A DNA stretch of 64,000 nucleotides from Paecilomyces variotii (Eukaryota): assembly GCA_004022145.1 (NCBI GenBank), contig RCNU01000005.1; one strand, 5' to 3'. The notes below the pieces were generated by a model. That model saw only the letters and a list, made by a program, of their open reading frames with translations, did not search any database and had not been told where the DNA came from. This document shows, in pieces, positions 49,214 through 62,650 of this stretch (position 1 is the first letter of the stretch; the number at the start of each line of letters is the position of its first letter). A program made the position numbers and the translations under genes.

Positions 49214-51152
49214 ATTGAGAAGAACCTTGGGTGTGATGCACAGAAGGAGAAGAGTTCAGATGCGTAGACTCTTGACTGATTCCTAGGCTCCTGTCTTCAT
49301 ATACTCTACAGTGACCATAATCCGGGCGCCCCACTTCCTCTGTCTGGTCTGGACGCCGAAGTGACAGGAGCACGATGTGTAACGTGGGACTCATGGTGCT
49401 GCTTTCGGTTCTGGTAATCATGGAAAAACGGCTGCTTTCCAAGGTAGCGAGGAATCGCGGGTGACATTGCTCCCAATACCATGTTGAGTTGTGCACCAGA
49501 TGGGGAATATCGATGATGTCAGCATGATGCCCCGGAGCACAAGCGAAAAAGAGAACGAGAAGGAGAACCAATAGTTATATAAATATAAATATAAATTTGT
49601 ATATATCTGTTTCTTCTTACGTAGAACTACGAGAAAGACTGCAAGTTGTATCCAGGTAGGCTGTTGTTAAATCTCAGAGAATCCGGGTTAAGGTACCAGC
49701 CAATGATCGGAGAGTGCGGATGAGGTTACAAAGGACTCTACGAGAACTTCCTAGGTAGTCTTCTAACCTACGTAGTCACTTGTCAGTTGCGGTACAGACC
49801 AGTTATTCCAAGCTCAGCCAGCTGCCAACTGAATCTGGTTTGTCCTGGAAGCTCTGCTTGGATTTGGTGCTCGCTTTGAGCAATGCGTTTTCCAGCGGAA
49901 TCTCGTGAGGGCTAGCCCCCAAGATGCCACAGGATGCTGCAAATACGAGGGCGAACCACACGGTACAAAGTACTACTTAGTGCTCCCAGGCTCAACAAAG
50001 CCCCTACGCAGATCCGCGTATGGGATGCAGAGCCTCTTTACCTTGATACCAAGAATGCCAAGTGTGTCGACCAACTGGGGACCGCTCGAATGACTGCAAA
50101 TTTCGTGCTACCAACACATTGCGCAAAGGCAACGATGCGACAGGGATTAAAAAGGGTCTTGCGAATGCATCAAGAGAACAACAGTACAAACAGATCTGCT
50201 CCCTTGGGGAGGAGTCGTCGACAATATACGCCAAAGCGATACGCCCAGAAAACGCAGAATACACCAGACTCAGGACGTAAAGGCTGTCATGCCGCCGTAC
50301 TCTAGAACACATCTTCTTGTACCAGGCCTGACGCGAAACTTGGGCTGTGATCCAGACCGGATCGCTGAGGAAGAGTACTCGAGGCATCTGTGCCATTGAG
50401 GTTCATCAATGGCCCCAAGTGCTTGCTCCAGTGTATCGCCAAACGGTGGTCCGCAAGACGCTCACACTCCTTGCGGACCGCGACTTCGATGACGGGAGAG
50501 TACCTGATGTACTCTCGACTGCTGTGACCGTTGCAGCCCGATGGCATTTTGCACAAAGAAAAAAAGGAGTGGTGGGTGGCGACATTTGACTATCAGAATA
50601 ATGTCCGAGCGCCTCGCGGATTCTTTTTCCGCCGCCTAGCCCGATTTCTTCCCATGTGGTAGTCACAGTCCAAGAACTGCCCTCTCTCACATCAACAGCT
50701 ATCTTTTCTTCTCTGATGATCGCTTCTCCTGGTGATCTGATCGAAATATATCGCTGCACCGCCAACGTCGGTCAACTGCCAATCGGTGTCGGGTGCAGAA
50801 AACCCATGGGGATTGACGATCTGTGGTAGGAGTAGATGGAAGGAGACAGAACACTGCCTTGTGAGTGGAATAAACTCTCACTCTGGGACTATCACATCCC
50901 GTCATAACATTCTAACAGGGCCCTCCCCTGATTGTGTCCCCAGAATCGTCGTCCCTAGCAGACGCAGTTGCTGAACACGAAAGCCAGCTCCATACGTGAC
51001 GGATGGTCCCACGTCGCTATCGACGGTGTTGGCTATTTGACCGGTCGTCCTCATTTCTCTCGACTAACTTGAACGTTACCCACCCTATAGCACATCCCTA
51101 AATCGACCGCATCAGGGATGCTCTTATCGAGAGTGCTAGGACGTTTTGAAGT

Positions 51153-53446
51153 TCACGTACTGCTTGACCCTTGAAGGTCCTGGCCCCGCCATGCTTCCAT
51201 ATTGGGACTCTTGAGTATGGTGGCTGCTTCGGCAGGAATCTTGACTCTAGCCGCTTTGGCACTGTCCTCAAGCATACGAATCATGATCTGAGCCAGTTGT
51301 GCTCGTCTGCTGAAGGCCGCTAAGAACCGACTGAGTTCGACAAAGGCATCCCGTGATTCTGCATTTCCTAAATCCCTTAGCAGGGTGACGAGTCCTGCAC
51401 AGACAGGTCGAAGCATAGAACCAGGGGCTTGGTCAAGACCGTACGATTGCCGCTCTATGCGTGAACATCTGCCAATTTCTCTGGCTGACTTGATTCGAAC
51501 TTCCTTCGCATATTGAATCTGAGACGGTTGCAACATTTCCTCGAGTTCTTTGCGTCCGACGAGATCGCCAAATAACGCCATCACTATTTCGTGATACTGC
51601 ATTCTATCCGATGTTAGCCATGGTGTAGGAGGGAAATGACGGCTCTTATCCTTACTGCAGAACCAATACTTGCGGAACGGGACAATAACCAACATCGAGA
51701 ATGGTCGGCAGCCTGCTGTGCCATTTCTGCAGTCGAGAATAGAACGCCATAGCGGTATTCCAGCAGACGTCCGTGATAATGGAAGCGTCCCTGTTAAAGA
51801 GCCAATCTTGCATGTCAACAAGGATCTCTGACAGATCGGATAATTCAATAAGGATATAACGCAGGAGGGCAGGTTTCTTCGCATAATCAATCTGCGTTGA
51901 GCGCGGGTATGGCGTCCACGTGAGGTTGTCGTCCAATTGCTCCCTTGTGTAGGGTCTGGAAGTGGGGGCTTTCATGGCCGCCTGTCTTGATGATGCCAAG
52001 GTCATCTGTCTATGGGAATGAGAAGATCCGTTAGTTCCTTTCTTACTGCTCGCGCGTCGGCGTACATACGCATTAAGGATGAAGAGACCACAAGCCGTGA
52101 GTGCGCTTGATTGTTCCATGCTCTTCGATCGGGGCCCTTGCCAGATATCTGAGGATAGTTCAGATGCCTGCAATAGCTCAAGATCCTGGGCCATCTGCAC
52201 GGCTTGTCTCAGCATTAGCCAGCAGAGCTTATCTTTACCCCAAAGATTCAGGCTATGCATCCAGGAGTCAGCTTGGGACTATTTCTCGTGGATGCTAGTA
52301 ATGATGTTCAGCAACAAAGGAGACTTACGTGGACACCATGAGGATGACGCCCTGGAGATTGGTAAGACTGACTTTTCCGTCTTCTTCCTTCCACAATCTC
52401 TCGGCCTCGGCGTGGAAATGTTGGCCCCGAGAGCTGGCATCACCGGGGACGGCAAGTGCCTGCTCAAAATCAGAATACATCTGCGCACAGATCAGAGAAT
52501 GCTGCAAAAAATGATAGCAAGGCGGTGTCACTCCGTACACATGCTACTGCCAGAAGGCTATTGACGAGGAAAGGAGAACAGAACCGGGAATTCAGATCTC
52601 CTGCCATCATATGTGCCAGGAAAAGCTCCTGATCGATAAATTGACAGGAAGGATGACTCCATGTGAAGTAGAGAGAGGCTAAATGGGAGACAAAATGGCT
52701 GTCATCGGTCACATCCGTCCATGGCTTGGCCGGTACTTCGAAGAGGGGAACATCACAGAGATCCTGTAGGGTCACGAACTTGCGGCGGGAATATGACTCG
52801 GATGATAGACGCTGCATTTGATTAACATGGGCCACGGCCTCTTCGAGGCCTGCTGGAACTTGTGGGTCTGAATGTCCTTTGTCGCGCAGTTGGCGGATGT
52901 TCTCTGAAATGGCGGCTGCGATTTCATTTAGCGGTGCGTTACTACGGATCAAATCCAACAGTTGCGCAACCTGGCTCGGCTCTGAGGAACGCAAAGACTC
53001 GATGAGGGAATATAAGAGCTCCTTATAATATTCCAGTTCATCTTTGGTGCGTTTGACAGCGATCTTGCGTCTTAGATCGAGCGTCTCGTCGAATATGCAC
53101 TCCGAATGTGCTCCTTCGCATGCTTTGCATGGCGATGGGCGTCCACTGCACTACACACCAACTCTCAAGTAAGTATACAGTTTGACCATCTTATCTGTGA
53201 GGGAACGACTGTCTTTGAACCCGGCGGCAGAGAAGGAATAAACAACGGTGTTTGCCAAAAGCCACGGATATGTCTGTCAATAACAGAATCAGTGCCAAAT
53301 AGAATGTTTACCTTTCGTTTAGCCTGTTTGCAGGCAAGACATGCGGTCGAATTCTTCTTTGGCCGTGAGGCACTGGCGGCGGACGATGAAACTTCTGTGC
53401 GCGGTCCTGGGGCCAGCGTTGGCAGAGATCTTTTTGGATCACCCAT
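51153..53446 (-). CDS. Zn(II)2Cys6 transcription factor with a fungal-specific TF domain (NirA-like architecture)
   Basis: ACLACKQAKRK|CSGRPSPCKACEGAHSEC binuclear cluster split by an intron; VPAKPWTDVTDDSHFVSHLASLYFTW, FCSPFLVNSLLA; multi-exon. The 3' end is uncertain because a possible GTACGT donor lies just before the stop at 51153. Confidence 0.88.
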
Positions 53447-56400
53447 CTCCCTAGCACCTTTTCCTTAATCAGTGATCAGTGATCTAATCTGCGGCGGAAT
53501 GTCCGTTCATGTTCAGGGAAAAAAAAAACACTTTTCGGACTGTAGAGACCTCCTAAGTCTAGCGCTTGCAACGTGTTGACATTGCAGAAGGCTCTTACTT
53601 CTCCCTCCGCACAATAGAGAAGCGCTAACGGTGGCGGTAGGGATGCCGGCTTGGAGAAACTGCTGTGACTGCTGGCGGCTTTGTGCTGGACTCACCATTG
53701 AGCGAGCCGTATGAAAGCTCGAGGACAATTCAGTACACGCCGCGTGAAGGCGCAGCTGCAGTCGGGATAACAGGATTTCTTCCCCGGGGCATTTTCCAAT
53801 CACGAGCGGCGAGACAGAGATGGAGATGTGTGTTCGGCAGGCATCTGGTAGGCATCCGGTGGCCGGCGTTGGTACGTCGCGATCGCTGGATTTCACGGTG
53901 ATGTTTTCCTGAGTTCATGGGCTCCGAACTGGGCTCACAAATTTACGCGTGTATTGGGATCGAGAACGTCCGTCCCCTATCGTCCTGAAGGGGCGACTTG
54001 GGTTCCATCAACGCCGTCTATCGGATGGGCCTTTTTGACTAACTAACTACCCCTGCTATGTGGCTCTTATGTCAGCCGTCTGGGAAGGCTGTTTAGACCA
54101 TTACTCGCCTAGGAGGTGCTTGTGCTTGCTGGCTTGTGTACAAGTAGTGTACCATTATTCCTACCATACTGGTTCTTTGACTGGCACGGGGGATTATTAT
54201 TATGGTCTATCTGGCTCGGCGGCCTAGGCGCAAAACCGCTTTGCTGAATCCACTATGCTTGCTTTTCTTTTCTTTTATTTTCTTGCCGGGACACGATGGC
54301 ATTGCATGGGATTAAACTATTGTGTTTTATCCGACAATTCCCTGCTTCGGCGCAGATGACTTTCCAGAGGTCTGATCAGTTCCACAGTATGATATCACAC
54401 GGGGAATTTGACATCAGTCGTTCCTCCGGAGCGGCAGTTTCAAAACCGGCGTTGAGGATCGCCTTTCCTGGTCTGCGACTGGTAATCCTACACCGCGTCT
54501 TACATCCGAATCGCACGGCCCAATGACCACGACCCGTTAGAGGCGCCACTTACACGATCCTTACCGGCAATTACTGGTATTGAAACTCTCCAAGGAGAAG
54601 GAGACATGCCATGCGAACATAGCTTGTTGAACATACCAACTCTACCTGCACCTTATTAATATCAACTCTCGTCGGATATTCATACCGGAGCCAGGGTTAA
54701 GGATAACTCTGCTCACACGCGAGCGACCCTATGCGGTGGATTTCCTAGTGACCATGAATCTCGCGTTCTCGAATGGGTAACTTAATCCATAAAAGGGCAA
54801 CCTTGGAATTTCCCCTCCCGCAGATCTTGATAGTCGACTGTGCTCAGTTCCCTCATCGCCGGATTAGGAAAACCGTCAACCGAACCACATTGACTCTTTA
54901 GCCGCTATTAGACTCTTATCATCGAACCAAGACAGATACCATAATTTTTGAAGTACGCTAGGAAGGATCCCCATTTCTGTGGATCCATGCCTGCAGTTAT
55001 GCACTTGCTAGAGACGAAGACCCTACATTGGCATTTGCCTGCCGAAGAGCCTATACAGCCAGTCACAGGGCAGGCAATTAGACAAAATAGGTGCGGTTGC
55101 GCTTGCCTTGTACCTGACTCAGCATCCCTATCTGCGTGCAGTCGTGAAAACCCCGCCTAGATGTGCGGCCCTTGCGATGGCTTTAAGAGTCCAGAGCGTT
55201 GATCCCGGCTCCATGCATCATCATCGACACGGGTGTGGCAGATCAAAAAGATCGCTCGTATCAGGAATGATTAGGCAAGATTGTGTCTAACCAAAGATAG
55301 CCTGACGTTTGTACTAGTGGGCGAGCAGATCATACTACCTGCGTCTTCTGAACATTGTACTCGTAATGTTAGAGGTTCGGTTGGAAAGAGTTGCCGATAC
55401 AGTTGGAAGCCCGGGATTAACCTTCTTAAGCTCCAAGTTCTTGCTCAAAGACTCTTGGCTTCTGTACTGGTTCGACAAGTTTTGGTTGAGATTGGTCTCT
55501 CATCAGTCGCGCCCATCAAAAACGGGAAAGGAAAACCGTGTCAAACACGTCGCCATGATGTCCTTGTCTGTCGGAATACATGTCGTTTCCTGAAATTGCT
55601 CAGTTGTCTGCCATCAGGACAATTGACATTTCTTTCTTGCTGCCGGCGAAGATCCTGCAGCGCCCATACGCAAGGAGCAGAGCAAGCTCAAATATATCGA
55701 CGTAGCTATGAATAAATCCCACCCCACCTGCGTTAACATCGTTTCAGCAAGCTGTTTTGGTGGATGTTCATAGGTAACTAAAGCCCAGATGATCTCTGTG
55801 TGCACTGTCAGCAGAATTTAGCGCCGCACGTTCCTGTTTTCTCTCCCTTGACCTATTTAGTCGCGCAGAGCTATAAACATCGTCACGGAGTATGGAGTAT
55901 GCTCAAACTCAGCGCGAGATTTGCGCAATGGATGGAACTCTCCATGCGGAGGAGACACAGCTGCGGTACATCTGATGTATCGTCTAAATAAGCTACAGAT
56001 GATATGCAAGCCCGACCGAGGATGACCTTTTAAGGCCTGAGCGGATGATACATCCGCTACTATCACCACGTGGGCTTTGGAAAAAGAATCCGCCTGGCTA
56101 TCAACACTCGAGTGGCTTCTGCGCCTTGCCTATTTGATATCAGCGTCTTAAATCAATTGCTATCAGGACTTTATGCACCCGGAGGGGCACGTATATCACT
56201 TGTTTGAGCGAGATGTAGCATCTTGCCAAGTCGCAAACTGCTGTGGCGGCATGGAATTGGCACCTCGAAAGATGCGGTCGCAATATATGGATCCGATTCG
56301 TCGCAATAGAGGAACTTGTGCAATTTTCCTCTATTGATGACAGGAATAAGAGAGAAGTTCACTACGATGGGAACCTCTATAGAAACTAACCAACCTGATA

Positions 56401-56816
56401 AGCGGTATTTGGCGGTTAGAATCGGCATGCCGCGCTCTACCGGTGGGGACAACTCGAGGGCAAAAATCTTTTCAGATTGCACGTTCCTGAGCCTAGGAAC
56501 GCTCAATGGCCACGAATTTCGCTCTCGCAGACATCAGAATGAACTGTAATGGCGCTAGAGAATCTCTAAGTGATAAATAGTGGCACAGCTCATGAGATAT
56601 CACGGCGGACTTAACCTGTCTAAGTAGGTAGCAGACAGATATCGCGGCCGCGGGGGTCGGACCGCGGAAAACGTTATCGATAAACAGAATTTCCGTGGCG
56701 AACGGCGCTGTTAAATGTCGAGCCATGGGCCCTCCACGGAAGTGCCGTCTCTGCTGGATGCCAGAAATCTTTTTTAATATCTCTCTGAACGTCTCGTGGG
56801 CGCACTGCTCGTTTTG

Positions 56817-56841
56817 TGACTCGAGTGTATCCTCTGACTCA
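56817..56841 (+). promoter_or_regulatory. Putative CpcA/Gcn4 response elements upstream of the aminotransferase gene
   Basis: TGACTC at 56817-56822 and TGACTCA at 56835-56841, about 120-140 nt before ATG 56957. Confidence 0.55.
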
Positions 56842-56956
56842 CGACTGGCTGCTCCACTTCTGTCAACGTAGTATTTCGATCCGCCCGCGACGCAGAATCC
56901 TTTGTTACTCATTCCACCTGATATCTCGAGGCTGTTGGATATAACTCGAAAAAAAA

Positions 56957-58264
56957 ATGGGTTCGATTGCTCCTACGCTGCCTGATCTGGACGCATCGTC
57001 CACCAAGGTCACTCGCTCCACGACCCTCCGCGATGTGCCAAAGCCTGGATCCCCAGAGGAACGCTCTCACTCTTACTGTACGGACCACATGGTCACAGTG
57101 AGATGGACCGCTGCAGGAGGATGGGAAACGCCGGAGGTGAAGCCCTTCGCAAACCTGAGCATCCCGCCTACGGCGTCGTGCCTTCACTACGCCACGGAAT
57201 GCTTCGAGGGCATGAAGGTGTATCGGGGTTATGATGGAAAGCTGCGCCTGTTTCGCCCGGACTGCAATGGCGAGAGACTGGTGTCCAGTTGCAAGAGAGC
57301 CTCTCTGCCGGGATTTAACCCGCAACAGCTGAAGCATGTCATTGCAAAAATGCTGCAGGTCGACGGAGGACGTACGTGATGAACTGTCAACGATGGGATA
57401 TTCAAGATGTGAGAAAATGACTGACAAACTGGTTAGGCTGGCTCCCCAAGACAGAGCCCGGACGTTTCCTCTATCTCAGACCGACGGTTATCGGTAGCGG
57501 ACCGCAGCTTGGTGTCCAGGTTCCCCAAGAAGCTCTTCTGTTCGTCATTGCGGTCCCATGGCCGAGTCCTGCCACAAAGGGTCTCAAGCTTCTGGCGTCC
57601 GAACCAGACAGCATTCGTGCCTGGCCGGGTGGTTTCGGATATGCAAAGCTGGGAGCGAACTATGGTCCTTCTCTCCTTGCCCATGGCAAGGCCCAGTCAA
57701 TCGGCTTCGACCAGGTGCTGTGGCTTTTCGGACCTGACCGCAACGTTACTGAAGCAGGCGCCAGCAACTTCTTCATTGTCTGGAAGAATAAGGAAACAGG
57801 AAAGATTGAGCTTGTGACGCCCACGCTGGACAGCAAGCTCATCCTCCCTGGAGTAACCCGTCGGAGTGTGCTGGAGCTGGCCAGAGCTAAATTGACCAAT
57901 GCCATCGACGGCCTGGAACCTTTGGAAGTCGTTGAGCGGGAGATTACTATCCAGGATATCGAGGAAGCTTCGAAGGAGGGACGGATTATTGAATCTTTCG
58001 TCTCTGGTACTGCCGTAAGTCTTCCCCAGTTGCAAGTATCATTCTCTGTTGATTCGCTCCGTTTACTGACGTTGTGATTGGCTGCAGTACTTCATCACAC
58101 CTGTCGCCTTGATCAGGAACGGCGATGTCGATATGGAGATGAAAGGAGCCAGTTCCTCCAAGGCTGGATATGCAGACCTCATCCGGACTTGGTTGGAGTC
58201 GATCATGTTCGGTAGAGAGGAACACGAGTGGGCCTTCGTTATCGACGAAGAGAGCACGAAATAA
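56957..58264 (+). CDS. Branched-chain amino acid aminotransferase (class IV PLP; no evident mitochondrial presequence)
   Basis: Exons 56957-57371, 57437-58014, 58088-58264. LHYATECFEGMKVYR, LFRPD, YLRP, RAWPGGFGYAKLGANYG (PLP Lys), TEAGASNFF, ILPGVTRRS, SGTA. Confidence 0.96.
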
Positions 58265-60137
58265 GTGGTGGAGAAGACGAAGCGCTTGGCCTCTCAGGTC
58301 TCTATCCGAGAGAACCTCGTATCGAGCCATCGAGACCCCGAACACATCCTTTCTTCTTCCCGGCCCGTGTGATCCTCGCCTCCCTTTGCATGGTTGCAGT
58401 CACTGCTCTCTCCTTCTTTTGGATCGAGAAAAGTCTGCTCAATAGAGATCGCCGGCGATCAACCGTTTCTCACTTCGCTTTCAGCCACAACAAAATACTC
58501 CTTTTTTTTTACTCTTATGCAACATAGACTTAGATCATGGTCATTGAAATGATGAATCTTTCCCTTTTGTTTCGATTCTATAGACGCTCAGGCCCCTATA
58601 GACGATCCTTTGTTCAACTGCATGCCATCTAATATAACCGCTAAACACGGGTGAATACAGGACGAGGCTCGGATTTCCAAACAAAAGCAACGTCTGGTTC
58701 CGAAGTTCCCCAGAAATTTAACATTTCACAGCCCCATGTGTTCGAGAACAAGTGGATCTCTCTCAGTTAGAACCATAACAAGAGGTCTTGTCCTGGTAAA
58801 TGACAACAGCCCCTCTTAATAATTAGGTACATAATAACAATGTCAAATGGAGAGGAGAGCAGCTGAACTCTTTTCTTTTCTTTTTCTTTCTTTTTTTTCC
58901 CGCTCATCTCTTCGATTGCAATCGATTTCTCGACCAGCGCATCACCCAGAACTAGTTTAGTTAGCGCTGCAACATGGCCGCACCCAGCAATACGAAGTAG
59001 AATAAATTCGTTCGTTGACCCGGTTCATTGGTGGATATCCCACATTTCTCGCTACACTGCCCCCTCGGGGGTTTGCCTAGCTGATCTAAGTACTTAGTGG
59101 CGTTCAGATTGTTTGCTGAAACAAAATACTTATTAATTGCTTCTTCAACTAACTAGATCATATGAGAGTAGACGTACACAAGTTAGGGGAAGAGGAGGAA
59201 GGTCATTGTTTCTATGGAAGTTTGTGAGCTTTGATGCGTCCTAAGCCTGTCTGACCTGGAAGTATGTACTGTATACATAGTTGTTTACTACTACAGTGCT
59301 ACCATTGACAATGTACCTTACTATTGACCCTTCCTCCCGACATCAACTCTGTACTATCTTATACTTATCGCTGAGAAGTAAAAAGAGCAGAATAGTTACA
59401 TAGTAATTATTAGTTGGTAATAATCAAATGATGGCCTTAAGCATTACTATTAAAACGAAGGCTTATTCTAATAGATAGAGTATCTATGCTAAGAACTATA
59501 GCCCTTGGAATATAGGCCCCCCAAAAAAAAAGAAATAACATTACTATTTAATATTGCGGACTGGCTATGTGCAGGGAAAAAACGAATATGCAATACAATA
59601 CAATATGTGGGGATAACGCCTTGATAGGTAGATTATTGCAATGGAGGAGATGAAACGCTTCCAATATCATCTGTAATTTTGATCTTATTCTTCTCTTCTT
59701 CTCTTTTCGAGCTCTACGTTCTCGTCGTATACCGGTTATGTTCTTGTCGACTGCGACTTCATCTACATTTCCACCCACAACCAGTGCATTCGAATCCACT
59801 GCTGTCAAGTTGAGCCCTGTTTGGTCTGACGTGGTTGCAACTTATCTTTTTAAATTGCTTATTTGACGGGGTGTAGGTGTGCATTCTCGGTAGGAGTTTA
59901 TTGAGTTCGAAAAGGCGTTCTGAGTCTTGATTATGGAAGAGAAATTCAAAAGTCATTCTATTTCTTTATTCTCAGTAATAATACAATTTGTGACTAATTT
60001 GGCCGGAAAGGAGTGGGATAATAGCATCAAGCCTGTGTAAGCTCGCCTTCACTTTGAAAACCTTCTGTCCACGATTATGCGCAATCTTTTAGAAATCGAG
60101 CAGGTTCCTCGAAAGTGCTACACAAGTGTGACCATTC

Positions 60138-61591
60138 TCAGGTGGACATTATCAGTGGTTCCAACATCGAAACGATCTTTTCATCGAATGGAATCAGGTC
60201 CGAGACCTCATCGTCAGAATAGTTCTCAAGCTCATCAGAACCATCAACAGCCAGAACCTGATATCGGTTGGCAGAACGGTCTGAATTTTCAGATCGTCGG
60301 GTGGGTTGCTCCGTCGTACGTTGAAGATCCCCATGTATCGGTCTCGCACACTCATCATGGTAATAGCAGATCTTCATACCCTTGTATATCGTGCGAGACA
60401 TCAAGCAGGACCGTGCGTACATAGCATTGTGGATCGAATTGGTGGATATGTAGGCGTTTCTTTGATAGAACCTGACGCTCAGTACCACGAGATTATGGAT
60501 ATGGTCCAGTTGCTCGCGGATAAGTGCTTCAGTTATGTTTGGATTGATCCCACATATCAGTATGTTCCGTGATGCACCCTTTCCAATTGCGGCTGCGAGG
60601 TAAGAATGAACCTGAAACTGACGGTCGTTCCAAGAAACTTCAATCTAGAAGAGCTGTAGTGAAAATATATTGGAAATGGATGCAAGCAGCTGACTTACGC
60701 GTTTTCCCAAAATGTAGATTTTGTACCTCTGTGCGTAGTCCAGAAAACTTTTAGCATCAGCCGCTGTCACAAAGGAGACGCTGGCCGATTTTTCTCGCGG
60801 TCTCAAATAAATTTCAAGAAGTGACCCTCCTCGGATGACCTCGACGATCTCACGATGGGAGCAGCGATCTGGCAATTCGCGAAGAACGAGAGTACGGTAA
60901 TCAGGTTGTGGAGAAGACTGCTGCATATTGGCGAAGCTATCGCTACTGGAGCCATTGCCGTCGGCTCTAAAAGGATTGGTGGCCTTATTTTGACCGTGCC
61001 TTGGTGCTCCTTCCAAGAGGTTCTCTATCTGGGAAGAACGGGTTGCTCTGTTCTCGCTCTCCTGAGAGCCCTCGCTCTTCTCACTGGGTCGTGGGCAATT
61101 ATGGCTAGGAAGGGTAGCCATTTGAGGGGCGTCACCGGGCTCTTCGATCAATACCTATAATAGGATCAATATTGATACGTTAGTGTGATGGGATACCGGT
61201 TTCTCACATCAAGAGTCTCTTGGGACAGGCCACCGTTAAGCAGTGATGCTCTCAAATTACCTGGACATCATGTCAATAGACTGACTCCTCACCCGCAGCG
61301 CTTCTCTTCTCGTGATGCAGCTGAGCATGCCAAACATACTGTATTCATGAGCCAAGCGTAACTAAGGAACATAAGCTGGTTTAGTTCTGTGTCATTCAAC
61401 TGGATGTGGTATGATAAAAGTCCGCTCACCAGATCTTCATACTCAGACTTCGTGATGGTAACATTGTCAGGGGTGGGAGCCCTAGAGTCGTCAGGCTATG
61501 AGAAATGTGAGTATGGCTAATATAAGTACAGAGCACTCCATGCAGAAAGGGAATAGAGCCGGTAGTAGTAAGGCAGACTCACGGATAACAT
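60138..61591 (-). CDS. Tandem-RRM RNA-binding protein, divergent Nrd1/Mrn1-like
   Basis: Small 5' exons join in frame (MLS|PDDSRAPTPDNVTITKSEYEDL|LRLAHEY|SNLRASLLNGGLSQETLD|VLIEEP...), then RTLVLRELP...IRGGSLLEI...ASVSF and GASRNILI...AYISTNSIHNAMYAR RRM-like repeats. Confidence 0.75.
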
Positions 61592-62650
61592 TCTGAGAGC
61601 AAGTATACACAGGTTAGCGCATTGATACGGCAGAGGTAGATCTTGGGACAGTAGAGCTGTAAACCCGTGTATCCTAGAGGAACCAGGGACCAGAGAATAC
61701 AGCGCTTCTCAGGGACTTCTGTGATGGAAAGATGTGCACATGTATGAAAGACTCACATCAAATCCGACCCCTCTGTCGAGTCATCCCAGATGCGTCGTCG
61801 CGAAGACATGTCTGCTCCTATTTTCAGCTTTCGAGTAGCAGGGAGACAAACGGTAGAGCATAAGAACGTCTGGTTTGTCGAATAAATCGTCGTAGGGAGA
61901 TGTCACAAAGGAAGGGCAGCAAGCCATCAACAACAACACTTCGCGTCTGGAAGCGGGGGGTGCATAAAGTGATCACAACAACCACGGGCGGCCTCCTGCC
62001 AGACGAATATTTTGGCTAAGATTCGGAATAGCAGTCCAAAGGAACTATAATCAAGAAGAGAAGAAAGATCTTGTACCTATCTGTCGTGTATGAGAAGTGC
62101 CATATTAGGAAGGTGCAGAATGCAATAGTAGCGTCCGATAAAATGGGCATAATACGCATTCATACGACCTCTCAATCCACTACCAAGCTGCATAAATAAA
62201 TGACAGCTTCCTTACCTGAGCTGATCGATTGATGAACCAGCAATGTCCCTCATATCTTAAATGGCATTCATATGCAATGTCGCTGTGGAGCGATGGACTA
62301 CTAAGTGGCAAGGAAAAAGATTCAAGGCACGGGTTGTAATAGATATAATTGATTCCTCACTCGTTTACTTTTGTGAAAATCTCTCTGCTAATACTCCGCA
62401 GTACTGCTAGCAATAGCGCTGCGCTATGAACGGGGAGATAGAGAGAAGGGTAGCACATGATGCTAGCCCAGAGTGCCTCTATCCCCTCCAGTCACATATA
62501 GACTGCCTTTTCCATGACTTCCATCCGTATGAAGGTTGAGGGAAGTAGTGGTCTAATTAATAATGTGGCACTCTTCGTTACTGCTGCAGGCCAGGACTCG
62601 TTTGGCATGATAGCCCTCAATATAACCTGGCTAGACAAGAATCGCAGAAA

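Noticed and set aside
59200-59560. AT/TpA-rich patch suggestive of a RIP-degraded transposon (similar patches near 8780-9250 and 31200-31560)
   Set aside because: No terminal repeats, transposase or reverse-transcriptase remnants, or second copy in the window; cannot be supported without a repeat library.
59780-59810. TTCGAATCC resembling a tRNA T-loop
   Set aside because: The T-stem does not pair in register, and no D-arm, anticodon arm or acceptor stem can be built.
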